Below are positions 56,941-64,000 of a stretch of DNA of 64,000 nucleotides, in pieces (position 1 is the stretch's first letter; each line of letters begins with the position of its first letter). Position numbers and translations under genes: made by a program. This DNA comes from Octopus vulgaris (Eukaryota). Below the pieces are notes generated by a model. That model made no database searches, was not told where the DNA came from, and worked only from the letters and a program-made list of their open reading frames with translations. The stretch spans positions 102,052,001-102,116,000 of the forward strand of contig OX597823.1 of the NCBI GenBank assembly GCA_951406725.2. The letters run 5' to 3'.

Positions 56941-57729
56941 GAAGATACTTCAAACACTTCTCTTTGGAATCTGGCGTTGAAATTGGGAAAAGATTTCATT
57001 TAAGAAACTGCCAGAGGAAATTTAAGCAGGGTTGTGTTTTTATCATTTATCTGGTATAATGTACCATGTGTTTTACACGTAACAGGAAAACTGAAGGCAA
57101 TTATTCTAGCATTCTTCAGCCTCATTAAGGTTTAAATTGGAAATTGGTAAAACAGGAAAACAACTGAAATTTTCTCTCACTTTAACTCTCTCTTTTCCGT
57201 TAAGTTTTAAACGTTATACAAATGTACTCCCAAAGTTTTATCAATTTCACGTGCGAGCACACACACACACGCACACACGAGCGCACATACATACATACAT
57301 GTATACATACATACACACTTAATTTATACCTCCAGTTTACAGACAACGGAAGTTCCGGATTCTAAGAAGCAGTCTTTCTATGTATATACCATTGTCGGTA
57401 GGTTTGTGCGTGCGCGCGTGTGTATGTACATAACTGTATCCAATCTATGGAGGCGCATGGCTTAGTAGTTAGGGTATTGTACTTATAGTAGTAACATTGT
57501 GGTTCCGATTCCGAGACTAGGCGGTCCGTTGTGTCCTTGAGCAAGACACTTCATTTCAAGCTCCTCCAGTTAACTCAGCTGGTAAAACATGAGCAATCTT
57601 ACAACGGACCAGCGTTCTATTCGGCTAGACAGGGAATATATAAGCCACAGAATCCGGGAAACTGGTCTTATGAACCTATAGCTCGGGAAGTACCTTTGAT
57701 CCTTCTATAACCCAGGTTATATTTAAACA

Positions 57730-57897
57730 TTTATAATAACTGGTGCATTTGGTTTTGTGAGTAAAAGCTTAAGTAACAGTCTGAATAAGCTGAGGTCTTC
57801 AGAAGAAGAAATCAAACAGCCAATTCGCATATTACAAATACAATCTGTAAAGGGAACAGTAAAAATATGCAAGACTTTCCTCAAGTTTATAATGTGA
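57730..57897 (+). mobile_element. C-terminal remnant of another RLE-type non-LTR element
   Basis: Translates IITGAFGFVSKSLSNSLNKLRSSEEEIKQPIRILQIQSVKGTVKICKTFLKFIM*, resembling the IIGALG...LQ...GT..I RLE C-terminus. Confidence 0.5.
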
Positions 57898-58014
57898 ATC
57901 GGTTTCTGTTATCTACATCCCGACGATGGAGCTTTATACCTTTATTAGAAGGATGACTTCAAATAATTAAAAACAGAAGAGAACATTTAGTATACAAACA
58001 TACATACATATATG

Positions 58015-58045
<31 letters not shown>

Positions 58046-58064
58046 CTGTGTGTACATATATATA

Positions 58065-58134
<70 letters not shown>

Positions 58135-58681
58135 TATATACATATATGTATGTATGTATGTATGTATGTATATATATATGCCAGTAAATCTGTTAATAAA
58201 ACATTGGTTATTTCTCGAATTATCACTCGAAGCCATCAAAAGAACTTCATATACACAGAGAGATTAAACAGTATTCTTGTGATTAAGCAGTTCTACGAAC
58301 AAAAGCCTTTGAGATAGTTACACACGTATTCTTCACGTTTTAAGGCAGTACAGTGTGATGTGGGAAAGATTTGGTTGCTGCTTCTAGCAGAGTGAACAAC
58401 TACGAAAAGACTGCCTTTGGTTACAGATAAAATCTGTGCTATCATGAAATAGTTCAACGTCCTGGCTGGGTACATGTGGTTTCTTTATTAATAGGTTAGA
58501 ATTCATATTTGTCTCTAGCTGTAGACTCATCAGATCAAACCTTATCACAGTTCTCAAGGCATTACTGAATAAGAGAACAAGGCCTGCCGTTCTTTCATAA
58601 TATGTCGGCGTTACTGGGTGATATGACGTTCAATATATTTGAACCATGTTACTGATATGATTTTATAATTAGCTACACAGT

Positions 58682-59022
58682 CAGGTGTGTCTCTGTGGTT
58701 GAAAAGCTTGCTTCCCAAAACTGTGTGGTCTTGAGTTCAATCCCACAGGGCGGCACCGTGGATAAGTGTATTCTCATATAATCCTGGCCAACCAAAGTCT
58801 TGTGAGTGGATTTGGTGGACGGAAGAAAACTTGTGTGTATGTGTTTGTGTGTCTTTATGTTGTATTTATTTCTCAGCAATGCTTGACAATAGATGTTAGT
58901 TTGAGAACGCTAGAAGTACCAGATTTCAAAAATAAGTATTGAGAACGGTTTCTTCGACTAAACTCTTCATGGTGGTGCCCCAGCATGGCCGCGGCCCAAT
59001 GATTTAAACACGTAAAGAGTAA
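58682..59022 (+). mobile_element. SINE family A, degenerate
   Basis: Homology to family A. Confidence 0.7.
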
Positions 59023-59074
59023 ACAATGAATTATCAATACCCCAATATTCGTAATTAAAAATAGAATTTATAAT

Positions 59075-59515
59075 GATGGTTTCAAATTTTGGGACAAGGC
59101 CAGTAGTTTCCTGGGTGGGGGGATAAGTCGATTACATTGACCCCAGTACTCAATTCAATTAGTACATATTTTATCGATTCCGAAAGCATGAAAGACGAAA
59201 TCGACCTCAGCAGAATTTGAACTCAGAACGTAAAGGCGGACGAAATGCCGTCATGCTAACGATTCCGCCAGCTCACCACCTTATTGATAATAACAATAAT
59301 AATCCTTTTCTACTAAAGGCACACGTCTGGAATTTGTGGGTAAGGAAATAGTCGATTACATTCACCCCAGTGTTTCACTGGTACTTTATTCATCGACCCC
59401 GAAAGGAGGAAAGGCGAAGTCGACCAACACGGAATTTGAAATCAGAACATAAGAACGGACGAAATGCCGCTAAGTGTGTTGCCCGTCGTACAAACGATTC
59501 TGCCAGTTCACCATC
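59075..59515 (-). mobile_element. Two tandem SINE family B copies
   Basis: ~59075-59282 and ~59303-59515 are each reverse-complement similar to 51664-52035. Confidence 0.75.
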
Positions 59516-59517
59516 TA

Positions 59518-59561
<44 letters not shown>

Positions 59562-59564
59562 AAT

Positions 59565-60140
59565 GTCCTGGAACTTACATACATTGGAAGCTATGCCAAC
59601 ATTATGGAATAACAACAGAAAAAAGATGGTATAGGCACACACCAGAAAAGGTCACAGAAAACGAGAAAGCAATCATACTCTGGGATATGCCGATACACAC
59701 AGATAGAGAAATTAAGGCCAACAGACCAGATATAGTTGTCAGAGATCATGAAGAAAAAAAATGCTTTCTAATTGATGTATCAATACCGGCAGATGACAAC
59801 GTGTCTCTAAAAGAAATGGAGAAACTCTCAAAATACAAAGACCTGGAAATAGAGGAAACTAGAATGTGGAATCTGAAAACAGAAACAATTCCTATCATAG
59901 TAGGTGCATTAGGCATGATAAAAAAATATTCAGACAAATACATAACAAAAACACCAGGACTTACAAACACATATAACATACAGAAAATTGCACTACTAGG
60001 CACTGCACACATCCTACGCAGAACACTTTCCATACAATAACCATCAGAGCATCACAACAAATCACAGCACATACCCAAGGCACACAGAGTTGCACTCGGT
60101 AGTGAAGTGAAAGCACGCTATAAAAATAAAAATAAAACTA

Positions 60141-60144
<4 letters not shown>
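59565..60144 (+). mobile_element. R4/Dong-like 3' fragment (tandem copy A)
   Basis: RLE domain ORF 59687-60040; (AAT)n both sides. Confidence 0.92.
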
Positions 60145-60213
<69 letters not shown>

Positions 60214-60819
60214 TTCCTGGCTAAGAAGGAATATATTCACAGACATGATAAAGTTGGAACCTACATACATTGGAAGCTATGCCAACATTATGGAATAACA
60301 ACAGAAAAAAGATGGTATAGGCACACACCAGAAAAGGTCACAGAAAACGAGAAAGCAATCATACTCTGGGATATGCCGATACACACAGATAGAGAAATTA
60401 AGGCCAACAGACCAGATATAGTTGTCAGAGATCATGAAGAAAAAAATGCTTTCTAATTGATGTATCAATACCGGCAGATGACAACGTGTCTCTAAAAGAA
60501 ATGGAGAAACTCTCAAAATACAAAGACCTGGAAATAGAGGAAACTAGAATGTGGAATCTGAAAACAGAAACAATTCCTATCATAGTAGGTGCATTAGGCA
60601 TGATAAAAAAATATTCAGACAAATACATAACAAAAACACCAGGACTTACAAACACATATAACATACAGAAAATTACACTACTAGGCACTGCACACATCCT
60701 ACGCAGAGCACTTTCCATACAATAACCATCAGAGCATCACAACAAATCACAGCACATACCCAAGGCACACAGAGTTGCGCTCGGTAGTGAAGTGAAAGCA
60801 CGCTATAAAAATAAAACTA

Positions 60820-60823
<4 letters not shown>
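60214..60823 (+). mobile_element. R4/Dong-like 3' fragment (tandem copy B)
   Basis: Near-identical to copy A; (AAT)n both sides. Confidence 0.92.
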
Positions 60824-60890
<67 letters not shown>

Positions 60891-60907
60891 TAATAAAAGT
60901 TACATAC

Positions 60908-61076
60908 CACTTCTTTAACATTTGGTCTTCCAGTAGATAATTTGGTGACGAAACTTTGGTAGTATTTCTCCACTTTAGGATCATCCAATGGTAATTTAGG
61001 ATCTTTTGATTTTAATTTAGCGTATTCATGGGCGCAGCCACGTATAAATTGCGGGAATTTCTCCATTAACATATAT
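60908..61076 (-). CDS. TPPP: TPPP/p25-alpha family protein, penultimate coding exon
   Basis: Acceptor ttctttcag, 169 nt, donor GTG|gtatgt in phase 0 matching the last exon. Encodes YMLMEKFPQFIRGCAHEYAKLKSKDPKLPLDDPKVEKYYQSFVTKLSTGRPNVKEV, positionally equivalent to the TPPP ITFEQF..ELAKKRFK...P..GVT segment but divergent. Upstream exon not found in the window. Confidence 0.75.
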
Positions 61077-61394
61077 CTGAAAGAATTATGGATTAATTAA
61101 GGTGTGAAATCCGTAGAGTGAAAAATAACGCAATTGTATACAGAATATTGGTTTCAAGTTTTAGTACAAGGCCAGTATTTTCGGGGAAGGGATTAGTCGA
61201 TTACATGACCCCCAATGCTCAGCTGGTATTTGCTCTCTCGACCCCCAAAAGGATGAAAGGTAAAGTAAATCTCGGCGGGATTTGAACTCTAAAAGACGGA
61301 CGAAATGCGTTTCGTTGCGTTTTGTTGGTTTTCAGTTTACTGTATTCTCGTCTAAGTTTTTTCTTTGTTGCGTTCTTTCTGTTTAACTTTTGAA

Positions 61395-61481
<87 letters not shown>

Positions 61482-61737
61482 AGCACCTTGGGCAAGTATC
61501 TTCTACTATAGCCTCGGGCCAACCAAATCCACTCACAAGGATTTGGTCAATCCTAGGCTATAGTAGAAGATACTTGCCCAAGGTGCCACGCAGTGTGACG
61601 AAACCCGGAACCATGTGGTTGGGAAGCAAGCTTCTTACCACACAGCCACGCCTTGTCCTATGTATACAAAATATAAATGAAATAAAAGATATCACTTCTA
61701 ACGGAATTCGATACCGTTATCAGGAATTCCATTACCA

Positions 61738-61885
61738 ACGCAGGCATAGCTGAGTGGTTAAGATACGTGGTATCAGGTTCAGACCCACTGCGCACCACCT
61801 TGGGCTAGTATCTTCTACTGTAACCTCGAGGCAACCGATGACTTGAGAATGAATGTAGACGAAAACTGACATAGAAGCCCATCGC

Positions 61886-61920
<35 letters not shown>

Positions 61921-62200
61921 CGTGCGTGTGTGTGCGTGTGTGTGCGTGCGTGCGTGTGTGTGCGTGTGTGTGCGTGCGTGTGCGTGTGTGTGTGTGTATG
62001 TGTGTATGTGTGCATTTGTCCCTTTCACCGCTTGACAACCGGTATTGGTTTGTTTATATCCTAGTAACCTAGCGGTTCAGCAAAAGTGGCCTATAGAATC
62101 AGTACCAGACTGAAGTCGATCTCTTCGGCTAAACCTTCGAGGGTGGTACTTCCGCATAGCCGCTGCCAAATGACTAAAACAAGGAAAATCGTAAAAAGGG
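61738..62200 (+). mobile_element. SINE family A, older copy with expanded internal (TG)n
   Basis: Homology to family A. Confidence 0.8.
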
Positions 62201-62662
62201 ACCAGCGTAATATGTTGCATGGCCTTGGCTTGGGGCTTAAGATTTTATACTGTAAAAATAAAGGTTGAAAAATTCGTATCCAGAATGCATTAGGAGAGAT
62301 AAATGAAGTGAAATAACTTCAACGAGAAATCGAAACCGCGATGCATTGTGGTGATATCGGCAGGACAGTAACTTTTGTAGATATATGTGTATATGTATAT
62401 AATACTGTGAATTGTTGTTGATGCTTTGGCCCACGTCAACCCTGGCGGAGCAGAACAATGGCCAAAAGCATCCTGGCTGTGACCATCCGCCATTTGTATA
62501 CCCAATACTATAAATATTGTGCAATGTGTCCTTCCACTTTTTAAGGATGACAGAATGTGGTCTCAGGGACACTTGGCCGCTGTTTCTAGCCGATCGATTG
62601 AGTATGTATAGGTTCTGTAGTTGTGTGCATGCAGACGTACACACATAAACCCAGACAGACAG

Positions 62663-62694
<32 letters not shown>

Positions 62695-63117
62695 ACACAA
62701 ATACACCCACACACACACACACATACCTATATAAATGTATCTGTCCGTCCGTACGCATACATATTTACCCACTATAACATATACATGCATGGGAGCTGTT
62801 GACACCACAAATGCGTCTAACATTTAATGGATTTCACATATATTTATTGGATTTTTTGTTATATCTCTAAATTACATACGCCATAAAAGTCTTATCGGAA
62901 TGTTATCCTAATTGCTTATAAAGTTTGCTTCAGAGAAGGACTTGGCTAGAAAGAACATGTTGACAATGTCGTAAAATAGCCAAGTTTGAACATGTTTCTA
63001 TTCATTTAACGAAGGGAGTGTTTTAGTGAAACCAACAACAACTATAAAAACTTTTTTTTTTTTTTATTAGCGACAGAAGCAGTATTCGTTCAAAATAGTA
63101 TTCTGTAAATCTTACGC

Positions 63118-63431
63118 AACGTGGATATACTGTAAAAAGCCAGAAAACTGCGGGATTCGTCTTGAGAAAGAATCTTGTATAGGCATATAGTGCTAAAAAA
63201 GCATAATACTATATCAGTAGCAGATAAAAAGTGTCCAGCAGATTTCTGCTTCTGATGACGCTAACAAAAAAAAAAAGCAGAAATCTAGATTTATCAATTC
63301 CATCGCCACTGCTGGACTCTTTTCGTCTGCTCCTGATATGCTTCTCTGCTTTTTAGCAATATACGTCTGTACGAGATGCTTTCTCAATACGGACCCAGCA
63401 ATGTTCTAGCTTGCTACAGTATACCCACGTT
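63118..63431. repeat. Long imperfect inverted repeat (arms 63118-63241 and 63309-63431)
   Basis: Arms align as reverse complements over ~125 bp with scattered substitutions. Confidence 0.9.
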
Positions 63432-64000
63432 AGAATTTATAGCATGTCATCTTGTTTTATCGTCTTTGCGATTATCTCACTTTAATGCTGGGTCTGCATC
63501 CATGAATACTGATGCGACCAAGATGTTGGTGTAATCGACACGCCATTAATTCTTACATCGAAGGTCTAGCCCCGTTGAGTCCTGAAAGGTTCGTTTAACC
63601 ACCAGTTAGAACCTCTTAAACGAGGCGGAATTTGAACTCAGAACCCAATGAATTAGGCTGGACATCTCGCCTAGTGTTCTTGAAATTCTGCCAATCTACC
63701 ATGCTGGATTGGTACTTTATTTATCGATCCTCAAAAAAAGATAAACTTTAAAATTGACTTCGGTGGAATCTGAACTCAAAGCTCAGAGAACTGGAACAAA
63801 TACCACAAGGTATTTTATCCGATTCTCTAACAACTTTACAGTATTGATTATTATATTGTACTTCCATACATTCTTTTCGTGCAGTACCTGCTTCCATACA
63901 ATGTATCTTCGTAAACATAGAATGTACTTTTTTAATGCGCTGTATCTTCCTATACAATAGATCCTCCTACTCAGTATGGTTGCCTTTATAGTGCCGCTTC

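Noticed and set aside
62880-62945. Possible small minus-strand exon
   Set aside because: Stop codons in all three frames.
63116-63260. Possible upstream TPPP exon (ag...gtaag bounded, one open frame)
   Set aside because: Ends in phase 1 while the next exon needs phase 2; no convincing p25-alpha similarity; overlaps a hairpin arm.
63252-63295. CTGATGA...GAAA hammerhead or C/D-box-like motif
   Set aside because: No stem I pairing and no terminal stem; better explained by the nested hairpin.

Overview
AT-rich, microsatellite-dense eukaryotic DNA. The tRNA-derived SINE families and repeat content suggest an octopus/cephalopod genome (inference). The only host gene I can support is the 3' part of a TPPP/p25-alpha family gene on the minus strand (exons 61076-60908 and 50891-50709, ~10 kb intron). 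The rest is mostly retroelements: two Tx1/L1-clade copies joined to (TATC)n; a near full-length R4/Dong-like RLE element plus three 3' fragments embedded in (TAA)n; two Penelope-like (RT/GIY-YIG) insertions at (TA)n; RTE and CR1/Jockey-type remnants; and many SINEs. Notable structure not explained by the ORF track: several type-I hammerhead ribozyme motifs (one apparently intact and stand-alone at 35632-35678), a ~1.4 kb near-identical inverted duplication plus a 64-bp templated insert at the 5' end of a Penelope copy, and a ~125-bp-arm imperfect hairpin probably lying in the TPPP upstream intron. Most short ORFs in the track are microsatellite translations or antisense shadows. All alignments and folds were done by eye; repeat boundaries are approximate.
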